Below are positions 38,028 through 47,033 of a DNA stretch of 64,000 bases, piece by piece. The number at the start of each line of letters is the position of its first letter. The first letter of the stretch is position 1. Location: positions 1,625-65,624 of the forward strand of contig FR880073.1 in assembly GCA_000435175.1 (NCBI GenBank). Reading direction: 5' to 3'. This DNA comes from Clostridium sp. CAG:245. GTDB taxonomy: Bacteria > Bacillota > Clostridia > TANB77 > CAG-508. The notes beneath the pieces were generated by a model. It was not told where the DNA came from, searched no databases, and saw only the letters and a list, made by a program, of their open reading frames with translations. Both the position numbers and the translations under genes were made by a program.

Positions 38028-41000
38028 ATGCTAGTCACATTAATAGGAAAAAATGTTTTGTATAAATTAATATTACCTCATGAAAAAACAGGTAATTATT
38101 GGATAACAAATAGTGACGATGGAAAGAAACTTGTAAACATTATTGGAAAAAATAATGAATGGAACATATATAGTAATGAACAAGCAAAAATCTTGGATCC
38201 AAGAGCAATAAATTCATGGAATATCTCAAAAATAGTAAAAAACAAAGCAAATATTTTTAGTGAGATAAAGTTACAAGAAAATGGCATATATTATATTTCT
38301 TTAGCGAGTAATCCAAATATGCTGTATATATTGCTTTGTGAACCGACATATGAGAGAGATTTTATTCAGTTAAATGCTAAAAATTTTCAAGAAATAACAA
38401 TTGGAAGAAAAGCAGATAGCGATATTATATATAATAATTCTTTAATAAAGCAAGAACAAGCCAGAATTTTTTACAGCAATGGAAAGTTGATGGTAGAAAA
38501 TTTTGATGAAAGTTATGGAACTTTTCTAAATGATTTACCAGTGGCAAATAGATTAAAGTTACTATTTAATGGTGATATTATATTTATAATGGGATTAAGG
38601 ATTATAATTGTTGGAAACAATGTTTTCATAAATAATCCTTTTAATAGAGTAACATATAATTTAAATAAACTGGAAATTGTAAAAAAAGAAAACAGAATAA
38701 TAACAAGTAGTGAAGTAACAGATGAAGATGTTCAACTTTTTACAGATAAGGATTACTTTACGAGAGCACCAAGGATAACTAATCAAATTGAAAAAGAAAA
38801 AATAAAAATAGATGCTCCACCACAAAAACAAGAGAAAGACGAAAAACCATTAATATATACAATAGGACCAAGTCTGGCTATGGGAATTGTAATGGTATTA
38901 TCTATGAGTTCAACAATTAGCGATGTTTCAAGTGGAACGGCATCTTTTAAAAGTACCGGACTATCTGCGTTAATGACAGTCTCAATGTTAATTAGTATGA
39001 TTTTGTTTCCAATACTTAATAATAAGTATGAGAAAAATAAGAAGATAAAGAAAGAAGCTAAACGTCAGAAAAAATATAAAGAATATATAAATAAAAAAAT
39101 TCAACAAATAGACGATGTAATGCTTAAACAAAAGAAGATACTTTTTGAAAAATATTTATCTGCTGAGGAATGTGCTAGAATAATACTAAATAGAGAATCT
39201 AGGCTATGGGAAAGAAGAACAGAGGACGATGATTTTCTTACTGTGAGGTTAGGACTTGGAAATTTGCCAATAGCGGCAGATATAGAGTATCCTAATAAGG
39301 AATTTTCTTTGGAGGAAGATAACCTAGTAGAATTAATAAATTCTGTAGCAAAAAAATCTAAGGTGATAAAGAATGTTCCAATCACGGCTTCTCTTACATC
39401 AAAAAATATTGCGGCTGCAATTATTGAAAATGATGATAGAACAACTGAAAAGTTTGCACAAAATTTAATTATGCAATTAATTGCGTTGCATAGTTATGCA
39501 GATTTAAAATTAGTATTCTTATTAAAAAAAGAGAAAACCATAAGATGGGAGAACATGAAAACCTTACCACATGTGTGGGATGAACAAAAACAAATTAGAT
39601 TTTGGGCAGACGAATATGAGGACATGAAGGATATTTCAAGATATCTTGAAATTGAATTAAATAATAGAAGAAAGTATGATGACAAATTTGATTACCGTTC
39701 ATTTGCACCATATTATTTAATAATAACAGATGATTACCAAAAAATAGAAGGACTTAAAATAATAACAGAAATTTTAAACGCAAAGAGGAACTTAGGATTT
39801 GGATTGTTCTGTTTAACAGATAATATGTTACATTTACCAAATGAATGTCAACTGTTTATTAGTATAGACGGAACAAATGGTAGCTTATTTGAAAATCAAA
39901 TTACATCGACTACAAAAAAAGAGTTTTATTTTGATCCATCTTTCACGTTCTTTTTCGAAAATATTGGGCAAAGGTTATCTAATATACCAATTAAGCTTAA
40001 TGCAACATCAAAGTTTGCATTACCAGAGGTGTATACTTTTTTGGAAATGTATGATGCTGGTAGAATTGAGCAGTTAAATATATTACAAAGATGGATGACA
40101 AATGATTCTACAAAATCTTTGCAAGCACCAATAGGAATCGATACTAATGGAATGCCAATTGTGTTAGATATTCATGAAAAGGCACATGGACCACATGGAT
40201 TAATAGCAGGAAGTACTGGATCCGGAAAGAGTGAATTTATAATCACATATATCCTTTCACTTGCGGTTAACTACCATCCAAATGATGTATCTATGATATT
40301 AATAGATTACAAAGGTGGAGGCCTTGCAGGAGCGTTCCAAAAAGGTGATGTGAAATTACCTCATATAGTTGGAACCATAACAAATATTGATAAAGCCGGA
40401 CTTCAAAGGTCTTTAGTTTCTATACAGAGTGAGCTAAGAAGAAGACAAGTAAAGTTTAATCAGGCAAGAGAAAAAACAGATGAAGGAACTATTGATATAT
40501 ACAAGTATCAAAAATTATACCATGATGGAATTGTAAAAGAGCCAATACCGCACTTATTGATAATATGTGATGAATTTGCAGAGTTAAAACAGCAACAACC
40601 TGACTTTATGGATGAATTAATAAGTGTTGCGAGAATAGGACGTAGTTTAGGAGTACACTTAATACTTGCAACTCAAAAACCGGCTGGCGTTGTAAATGAC
40701 CAAATTCGTAGTAATAGTAGGTTCGGTATATGTTTAAAAGTACAAGACAGACAAGACAGTATAGATGTTATAAAAAGACCAGATGCGGCAGATTTAAAGA
40801 GGGTTGGACAATTTTATATTCAAGTTGGTAATAACGAATATTTTGCATTAGGACAATCTGCTTGGGCTGGAGCAAGTTATGAGCCATCAGACATAATCAA
40901 GAAAAAAGTAGATACTTCAATGAAATTTGTATCAAATATTGGTTCTGTAATAAAAAAAGTAGATGATACATTAAAGTCTCCAACAAGAAAAGATGGTGAA

Positions 41001-42608
41001 CAGTTAACCAACATTGTAAAATATATTTATCAGCTTGGAAAACATGAAAACATTAAACTTAAACCATTATGGTTGGATAATATACCAAATGTTATTATGT
41101 TAGATAACATTAAGAAAAAATACAATATACAGAAAAAAGAAAATGAAGTAATACCTGTAGTTGGAGAATATGATGATCCATATAACCAAAGACAAGGACC
41201 AGTTGAAATTGACTTTAAGAAACAGGGAAATGTTATTGTTTATGGAAATGCTGAGAGTGGTAAAGAAACATTCATAAGCACAATGGTATATGACATAATA
41301 TCAACATACTCTGTTAAGGAAGCTCAAATGTATTTAATTGACTTTGGTAGTGAAGCCTTGAAAATCTTTAAGGATGCACCACATATAGGTGATGTAGTAT
41401 TAAGTACAGATACAGAAAAAATAAATAGATTGTTCGAAATACTACAAAGAGAAATGAAAAGAAGAACAGAAATTTTATCAAACTATGATGGTGATATAAA
41501 ATTATATATAAATGATACAGGTGCTGAAATGCCACAAGTATTTATAATTATAAACAATTATGAAGGATTTGTGGAAAACTTCGGAGAAAAATATGACGAT
41601 GTATTGCTTACTCTATGTAGAGAGGGAATAAAATATGGAATCATATTTGTAATTACAGCAAGTGCATATAACAGTGTAAGATATAGACTATCTCAAAACT
41701 TTAAACAAAAAATAGCATTACAATTAAATAATGAAGATGATTATTTAAATATAATAGATGGAGTTAGAAAACAAAGACCTGCTCACATGTTTGGAAGAGG
41801 ATTGATAAAATATAGTGACATATATGAATTCCAAACAGCTCGTATATGCGAACCAGAAAAATGGAATGTATTTATAAGAGATAAGATAAAACAATTAAAT
41901 GAAAAATATGACGAAAAGGCAGATCCTATTCCAGTTTTACCAGATCAAATAAAGGTAGAAGAGATAAAAGAATTTGTAAAAAGCTTGGATAAATTACCAG
42001 TTGGAATTTACAAAGATAGTTTGAACTTAGCAATATATAATTTTAAGAGCAATTTAGTAAATTTAATTTCAGCAAAAAATATAGAAGTAGCTACAGAATA
42101 TGTAACACATTTATACGAGGAATTAAAACTACTAGAAGACATTGATGTAACCGTATTTGATGCAGAGGGAATTGTACAAACTGCTAGTAAAAACATAAAA
42201 CTTGACTATCAGAACTATTCATTAAGAATACAAAACAATATAAGTAAATCAAAATACAATGTATGTATAATAGTTGGAATTGATAAGTTCTTAATAAACA
42301 TAGAAAAAGAAATTTTGTCAGATCTTAGAAAAGCTGAAGAATTAAAGAATTATACATTTATAGTAGTTGATAGTGTATTTAAATTAAAGAACCATGAATA
42401 TGATGACTGGTATAAAGCGTATATCACAAAAGATTCTGGAATTTGGGTAGGCAATGGTGTTGCAGATCAATACTTAATAAGAATGAACACAAGCACTAGA
42501 AATTTAGTAAACAACTGTGGAGAAAGCTTCGGATACTTAATAAAACAAGAAGAAGCTAAGCTGATAAAATTAATAGGAATGAAAGATACTGGTGAAAAAA
42601 ATGGATAA
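38028..42608 (+). CDS. essC: Type VII secretion FtsK/SpoIIIE-family ATPase EssC
   Basis: 1526 aa. Two N-terminal FHA-like domains (ITIGRKADSDIIY...YGTFLND), two TM helices and three P-loop modules. D1 has GSTGSGKSE and ICDEFAEL, D2 has GNAESGKET, and D3 is degenerate. Confidence 0.9.
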   Translation: MLVTLIGKNVLYKLILPHEKTGNYWITNSDDGKKLVNIIGKNNEWNIYSNEQAKILDPRAINSWNISKIVKNKANIFSEIKLQENGIYYISLASNPNMLYILLCEPTYERDFIQLNAKNFQEITIGRKADSDIIYNNSLIKQEQARIFYSNGKLMVENFDESYGTFLNDLPVANRLKLLFNGDIIFIMGLRIIIVGNNVFINNPFNRVTYNLNKLEIVKKENRIITSSEVTDEDVQLFTDKDYFTRAPRITNQIEKEKIKIDAPPQKQEKDEKPLIYTIGPSLAMGIVMVLSMSSTISDVSSGTASFKSTGLSALMTVSMLISMILFPILNNKYEKNKKIKKEAKRQKKYKEYINKKIQQIDDVMLKQKKILFEKYLSAEECARIILNRESRLWERRTEDDDFLTVRLGLGNLPIAADIEYPNKEFSLEEDNLVELINSVAKKSKVIKNVPITASLTSKNIAAAIIENDDRTTEKFAQNLIMQLIALHSYADLKLVFLLKKEKTIRWENMKTLPHVWDEQKQIRFWADEYEDMKDISRYLEIELNNRRKYDDKFDYRSFAPYYLIITDDYQKIEGLKIITEILNAKRNLGFGLFCLTDNMLHLPNECQLFISIDGTNGSLFENQITSTTKKEFYFDPSFTFFFENIGQRLSNIPIKLNATSKFALPEVYTFLEMYDAGRIEQLNILQRWMTNDSTKSLQAPIGIDTNGMPIVLDIHEKAHGPHGLIAGSTGSGKSEFIITYILSLAVNYHPNDVSMILIDYKGGGLAGAFQKGDVKLPHIVGTITNIDKAGLQRSLVSIQSELRRRQVKFNQAREKTDEGTIDIYKYQKLYHDGIVKEPIPHLLIICDEFAELKQQQPDFMDELISVARIGRSLGVHLILATQKPAGVVNDQIRSNSRFGICLKVQDRQDSIDVIKRPDAADLKRVGQFYIQVGNNEYFALGQSAWAGASYEPSDIIKKKVDTSMKFVSNIGSVIKKVDDTLKSPTRKDGEQLTNIVKYIYQLGKHENIKLKPLWLDNIPNVIMLDNIKKKYNIQKKENEVIPVVGEYDDPYNQRQGPVEIDFKKQGNVIVYGNAESGKETFISTMVYDIISTYSVKEAQMYLIDFGSEALKIFKDAPHIGDVVLSTDTEKINRLFEILQREMKRRTEILSNYDGDIKLYINDTGAEMPQVFIIINNYEGFVENFGEKYDDVLLTLCREGIKYGIIFVITASAYNSVRYRLSQNFKQKIALQLNNEDDYLNIIDGVRKQRPAHMFGRGLIKYSDIYEFQTARICEPEKWNVFIRDKIKQLNEKYDEKADPIPVLPDQIKVEEIKEFVKSLDKLPVGIYKDSLNLAIYNFKSNLVNLISAKNIEVATEYVTHLYEELKLLEDIDVTVFDAEGIVQTASKNIKLDYQNYSLRIQNNISKSKYNVCIIVGIDKFLINIEKEILSDLRKAEELKNYTFIVVDSVFKLKNHEYDDWYKAYITKDSGIWVGNGVADQYLIRMNTSTRNLVNNCGESFGYLIKQEEAKLIKLIGMKDTGEKNG

Positions 42609-42852
42609 AGTCTTAGTAAAAGTTTATGTTCCTATGTTGGAAGGAGTCTATGATGTATGGATTCCTTCTAACAAAAAAATATATGAGATAATTATATTAT
42701 TATCAAGAGCAATATCAGAACTAAGTGAGGGAGATTATGATCCTAAAGCGCTTCCTACGCTATATGATAAAATCAGTGCACAAGAGTTTGATTTGAACTC
42801 ATTTTTAAAGGATACAACAATAAGAAATGGAACAGAAGTAATATTAATATAA
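42601..42852 (+). CDS. esaB: YukD/EsaB-like ubiquitin-fold protein
   Basis: ~83 aa. VLVKVYVP...YDVWIPSNKKIYEII...LYDKISAQEFDLNSFLKDTTIRNGTEVILI fits the YukD family. Overlaps the essC stop, so translation is probably coupled. GTG 42592 is an alternative start. Confidence 0.7.
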   Translation: MDKVLVKVYVPMLEGVYDVWIPSNKKIYEIIILLSRAISELSEGDYDPKALPTLYDKISAQEFDLNSFLKDTTIRNGTEVILI

Positions 42853-42877
42853 ATTTTAGTTTTGAAAGGAATTTTGA

Positions 42878-43699
42878 ATGAAGACACTAAATGTAGATAA
42901 CACGTACAAAAGTAATACTAATCTTACAATAAATGAATTATTACAAGAAAATAAAAAGATAGTTTCTTTTATCGGAGCTAGTCAAAGTGGCACATCTTTT
43001 TTAGTAAATAATATTGCAAGAATAATGGCAAGAAGAAACTTTGATGTGGCTATATTAGATATGACGCAAAATAAAGATTCATACTATATATATACTCAAA
43101 ACAAAGAGTCTATAAGAGTTAGTATTAGAAACAGTTTTAAGGATTTAAGTGAAGGAAAACTGAATGGATTACAAATTGAAAATAACCTAACTGTATATAC
43201 AGATGTACCAGGAAAGAATAAATATAGTGCAAGAGTTGAAAATATATTAGAGACGCTTTTGAAGAAACATCAGGTTGTAATTATAGACACAGATTTTTCT
43301 ACAGATGCTGATTACTTTGCGTATTCAGAGCAAGTATATTTGGTACAAACAATGGATATATTAACCATTCAACCACTTACAGAATTCCTTTCAAATCTAA
43401 AATCTAAGAATGCAATAAACAATGAGAAAATAAGGATTATATTAAATAAGTTTATGAATTTTGATGAAATAACAGTGAGCAAATTGATAGGCGGAATGGC
43501 TTTTTATAATGATCCTTCGATGACATATATGCAACAAATATTTGAAAAAAATGGAGTAAGGTATACAACAGTTTCATATAATCAACAGGCCTACGAAAAA
43601 TACATACAAGATGTTGCAAATTGTCAATTTACAACAAATTATTCTATAGAATTTAGAAAAGAGTTAGAAATGTTAACAGATGATGTTATAAAAGGATAA
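42878..43699 (+). CDS. ParA/MinD/CpaE-like P-loop-fold protein with a degenerate Walker A (no lysine)
   Basis: KKIVSFIGASQSGTSFLVNNIARIMARRNFDVAILDMTQN...VVIIDTD has SIMIBI-class layout, but the GK(S/T) position reads GTS. Confidence 0.55.
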   Translation: MKTLNVDNTYKSNTNLTINELLQENKKIVSFIGASQSGTSFLVNNIARIMARRNFDVAILDMTQNKDSYYIYTQNKESIRVSIRNSFKDLSEGKLNGLQIENNLTVYTDVPGKNKYSARVENILETLLKKHQVVIIDTDFSTDADYFAYSEQVYLVQTMDILTIQPLTEFLSNLKSKNAINNEKIRIILNKFMNFDEITVSKLIGGMAFYNDPSMTYMQQIFEKNGVRYTTVSYNQQAYEKYIQDVANCQFTTNYSIEFRKELEMLTDDVIKG

Positions 43700-43719
43700 A
43701 AGTTAGGAGGTATTTTATT

Positions 43720-43980
43720 ATGGGGTTTATTGGAAATTTTTTTAAACAATTATTTGGTGGGGATAGTAGCTCAAATAACAGTAGTTCTGGTAGCTCAAGT
43801 AATACGTGGACAGGCTCAACTGGAGTATCTGGTAATGTGAGTAATTCCTTAAAAACAAAATATAAAAATGTAGATGGACAAAATAAGTTAAAGGGAGTAT
43901 TATTTACAGGTTTAATAAATAATACAAACGATATAATTGACAATGCAAATACTAAAAAAGCAAATACAAAAATACACTAA
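43720..43980 (+). CDS. Small Ser/Gly/Asn-rich protein with an amphipathic N-terminus (hypothetical)
   Basis: 86 aa with strong SD AGGAGG. MGFIGNFFKQLFGG followed by a low-complexity SSSNNSSSGSSSN tract. Confidence 0.5.
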   Translation: MGFIGNFFKQLFGGDSSSNNSSSGSSSNTWTGSTGVSGNVSNSLKTKYKNVDGQNKLKGVLFTGLINNTNDIIDNANTKKANTKIH

Positions 43981-43994
43981 CTAAGGAGGAAATT

Positions 43995-45647
43995 ATGTTT
44001 GAATTTGTAGAGAAAGTTGCCACAGATATAATCACAAGTTTGGGGAACACGATTAGTCAAATGAGTTTTGATGCTTCAAGCTATGATGCACAGGCAACTG
44101 AAAATGATGCGAAAGCAGCACAATGTGAAGCAGATGCTAGTGCAGAAGAGGCAAGTTGTCCACATTATAAATCAGAACCATATGAGACAACAGATGATGA
44201 TGGAAATACAGTAACAAAGTATGAGCAGGTTCCAGATACAGCTGCTGATGCTGCTGCGATGGCAAGAGCAGCAACTCTAAGAGCAGAAGCAGCAAACTTA
44301 AAAGCAATTGCGGCAGCTCTAAGAGGTTTAGCAGCAGCTTTAAGAGGTACATTATTTTCAATGACTAGTCAACAAAAGCAAATCTCACAAGCTTCTCAAG
44401 ACTCACAATTTGCAATAGTTGCTACCACTAAATTATTAAGAGAGGGTATAGATGTTACTAAAAGAGTAATAGCAGCATTTAATGTACCAGAAGCTAGCAA
44501 TTTCAAAGAGTGGACATCTGCCGTAGGAGATAATCTGCTAAATGCAATTGGAGTAGACTTATCAGATGGACTTAATGATGAGATATATACAGCAATTGGT
44601 GTTGTTACTACAGTAGGTGCTATTGCGGGACCACTAGTAGTTAGACGTACAACCTCAATAATAGGTGCTAAAATGGGTAATGGCATAATTGGAAATATTG
44701 GTAGATATGAAGCAAACATTGTGTCTGAGGCAATAATAAAAACATACTTTAATGAAACAGGTGCGAAAGTGGCACAAAACGCAATAGCATCTGCATTAAC
44801 CTTTATTGGAATAGATTCATTGCCAACACAGGGAAAAAAAGCAGTTCCGAATGCTGCAACTATAAATGGTACAGAACAAGATTCAAAGATGACTTTTGAA
44901 GAAGCAAAAACAGATGCAAAAGAAAAATATGCTAAATATGTTGAAAAATTCAATTGTTATACAGAAGAACAAAAAAAAGATCTGATTAATAAGTATAATG
45001 AGCAAATAGATAAAGCAGTAGTGCTTTCAGATGAAGAATTTTTTAGACAATTAGGAGAATATAACGAAGGAATTGTTGCATATAATAATGGGGCTCAAGA
45101 TAGGGTGTATATCAGAGAAGGGTATGCTAATGATCCAAGTGTAATAATACATGAAGTTGGTGGACATGGTACAGGTACAATGTCTCAGACAGCAGGATAT
45201 TATTACACAGATCCAGAGACAGGAGAGAATGTATTATATACTGGAAAGTATGAAGATTCACCATACAAATTAACATGGAAGGGAAACTATAATGGAATAG
45301 ATGAGGCAGCAACAGAATATTTTGCAAGGAAAATAAATGGCGAAAAATGGGAAGATTGCGCATACAATCCTAGCACTGATGCATTACAAAAAATAACAGA
45401 TTCAATGACAAAATATACAGGTGTAAATGGAGAAGAAGTATTAATGAAAACATATACTGGTGAAAATAAAGATTTATTTAAAAATGTATATAATGAAATA
45501 TCTGGAAATGAAAAGGCCTATGATGCATTGGATGCAATGATGAAAGATTCTAATACAGGTAACCAAAGGGGTGGAACTCAAGCGTTAAATACAGTAACTA
45601 GAAATTTTGACAGAGATTGTCAAATAGCAAAAGTAAAGAATATATAA
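43995..45647 (+). CDS. 550-aa putative T7SS substrate/effector: Ala-rich helical N-terminal region, hydrophobic segments, C-terminal domain with an HEVGGH motif
   Basis: SD AAGGAGG. AADAAAMARAATLRAEAANLKAIAAALRGLAAALRG helix pair. Hydrophobic IYTAIGVVTTVGAIAGPLVV. C-terminal IIHEVGGHGTG...IDEAATEYF resembles a zincin-like site but is non-canonical (HExxxH). Confidence 0.5.
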   Translation: MFEFVEKVATDIITSLGNTISQMSFDASSYDAQATENDAKAAQCEADASAEEASCPHYKSEPYETTDDDGNTVTKYEQVPDTAADAAAMARAATLRAEAANLKAIAAALRGLAAALRGTLFSMTSQQKQISQASQDSQFAIVATTKLLREGIDVTKRVIAAFNVPEASNFKEWTSAVGDNLLNAIGVDLSDGLNDEIYTAIGVVTTVGAIAGPLVVRRTTSIIGAKMGNGIIGNIGRYEANIVSEAIIKTYFNETGAKVAQNAIASALTFIGIDSLPTQGKKAVPNAATINGTEQDSKMTFEEAKTDAKEKYAKYVEKFNCYTEEQKKDLINKYNEQIDKAVVLSDEEFFRQLGEYNEGIVAYNNGAQDRVYIREGYANDPSVIIHEVGGHGTGTMSQTAGYYYTDPETGENVLYTGKYEDSPYKLTWKGNYNGIDEAATEYFARKINGEKWEDCAYNPSTDALQKITDSMTKYTGVNGEEVLMKTYTGENKDLFKNVYNEISGNEKAYDALDAMMKDSNTGNQRGGTQALNTVTRNFDRDCQIAKVKNI

Positions 45648-45669
45648 AATTAAATGAAAGGATTATAAA

Positions 45670-46188
45670 ATGGAAAATTTTAAAGATATTATAGATAAAT
45701 TTGTAATAAAATTTTCAGAATCAACTAAAGATGCTTTTGACAAAAAAAGATTAACAGAAGCTTTTGAAAAATACTTATATAAACAAGTAGAAGCAGAAGA
45801 AAAAATAAATCAAAATTTTAATATTGATGATAAAAGTGATATGGAATCTTTGTTGAAATATGTTACTGATGATGTAATTAAATTACCATTAGAGCAAAAA
45901 AGACAAATGTTAATCAGAGACGAAAGTTTTGAAACAATTCGTAGCATATCAAACAATGCTTTTGAAATGGCACAAGAAGCTTATACTAGCAAAAGTGATA
46001 ACATTGATGAAACTAAAGTAGATGAAATGCAAAAAAAATTAAATGAGTTATTAAAGAGTGTAAAAGCTTTTAATAAACAACAGGCTATTTGGCTTGTATC
46101 AGAAGGAATATTGGACTTGAATTTTGTAAAGAATCCTAAAACAGATATTATGAGTATAAGATTAGGAAGATGTTTACAAAGCAAGTAA
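45670..46188 (+). CDS. Hypothetical 172-aa helical protein (candidate immunity protein or chaperone for the upstream gene)
   Basis: SD AAAGGA. No recognisable motifs. The suggested role rests on position only. Confidence 0.4.
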   Translation: MENFKDIIDKFVIKFSESTKDAFDKKRLTEAFEKYLYKQVEAEEKINQNFNIDDKSDMESLLKYVTDDVIKLPLEQKRQMLIRDESFETIRSISNNAFEMAQEAYTSKSDNIDETKVDEMQKKLNELLKSVKAFNKQQAIWLVSEGILDLNFVKNPKTDIMSIRLGRCLQSK

Positions 46189-46199
46189 AAGGAGAAAAG

Positions 46200-46820
46200 A
46201 TGGAAAACCAGATAAAAATTGATTATGAAAATATGCCTAATCAATCTAATAGTATTAGAGGGCAGGCTATAGAAATAAATAATAAATTATTAGCAATTTA
46301 CAGAAAAATTTCCGAAATGCATATTTGTTGGTATGGGAAGAGATATAATGAATTGGTAACTAAATTTAACGAATTAGCTCCACAATTAAACTTATTTCTA
46401 GAAGCAATAGTTGGAGAAGTTCCATATATGTTTGAAGAGATAGCAAACACTGTTTCTGACGTAGATATAAAGCAGAATGTAGCTGTACCACAAAAAGAGA
46501 GTATACAAAAAATACAGGCATTACAAGTATATGATGATGTAGGAATGAGATATATATCTAAAGAAGTAGAAGAAATAAACAATGATATTATGAAAATTTT
46601 TCAAGAAATAGAAGATATAATGCAAGAAATAGATAGAACAGTTGATCAAATAAAATTGGAGTGTGATGGTTCAGAAGAATTTAGAAGACAATTTGTAAGA
46701 CTATCTGATGCATTTCAGTATACAATAGGTAATGTTGAGAGTCAATTCTCTAAGCTTATGCAACAAGATAGAGAACTTATGGAAGAGACAGAAAGAAAGA
46801 ATAATGTGGCTAATAGTTAG
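46200..46820 (+). CDS. Double-length WXG100-like protein, paralog 2
   Basis: 206 aa with SD AAGGAG. ...MHICWYGKRYNELVTKFNELAPQLN... is colinear with paralog 1 (DYENMP / DYEAMP, VGMRYIS / VGMRFMT, FSKLMQQ / FSKLMTQ). Confidence 0.7.
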   Translation: MENQIKIDYENMPNQSNSIRGQAIEINNKLLAIYRKISEMHICWYGKRYNELVTKFNELAPQLNLFLEAIVGEVPYMFEEIANTVSDVDIKQNVAVPQKESIQKIQALQVYDDVGMRYISKEVEEINNDIMKIFQEIEDIMQEIDRTVDQIKLECDGSEEFRRQFVRLSDAFQYTIGNVESQFSKLMQQDRELMEETERKNNVANS

Positions 46821-46840
46821 AATAATATGATAATTGAATG

Positions 46841-46885
46841 AACCTAAATTGTTGGATAAATATTTAACAGTTTGGGTTTATTTTA
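46841..46885 (+). terminator. Rho-independent terminator ending the T7SS-like locus
   Basis: 13-bp stem aacctaaattgtt / aacagtttgggtt (with G-U pairs) followed by a T-rich run. Confidence 0.6.
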
Positions 46886-47033
46886 TTAGTGCAAGGAATG
46901 CAACTATTAGTAGAAACTATTGAAAAAATCCCTTTATTGTGGTATAAATATTATTGTAGAAATTTTAGAAAAGAGAAAAATTGAAAAAAATTAATTCTTT
47001 TTCAATTAATCATGTGCTTAGAAGGAAAATAAA

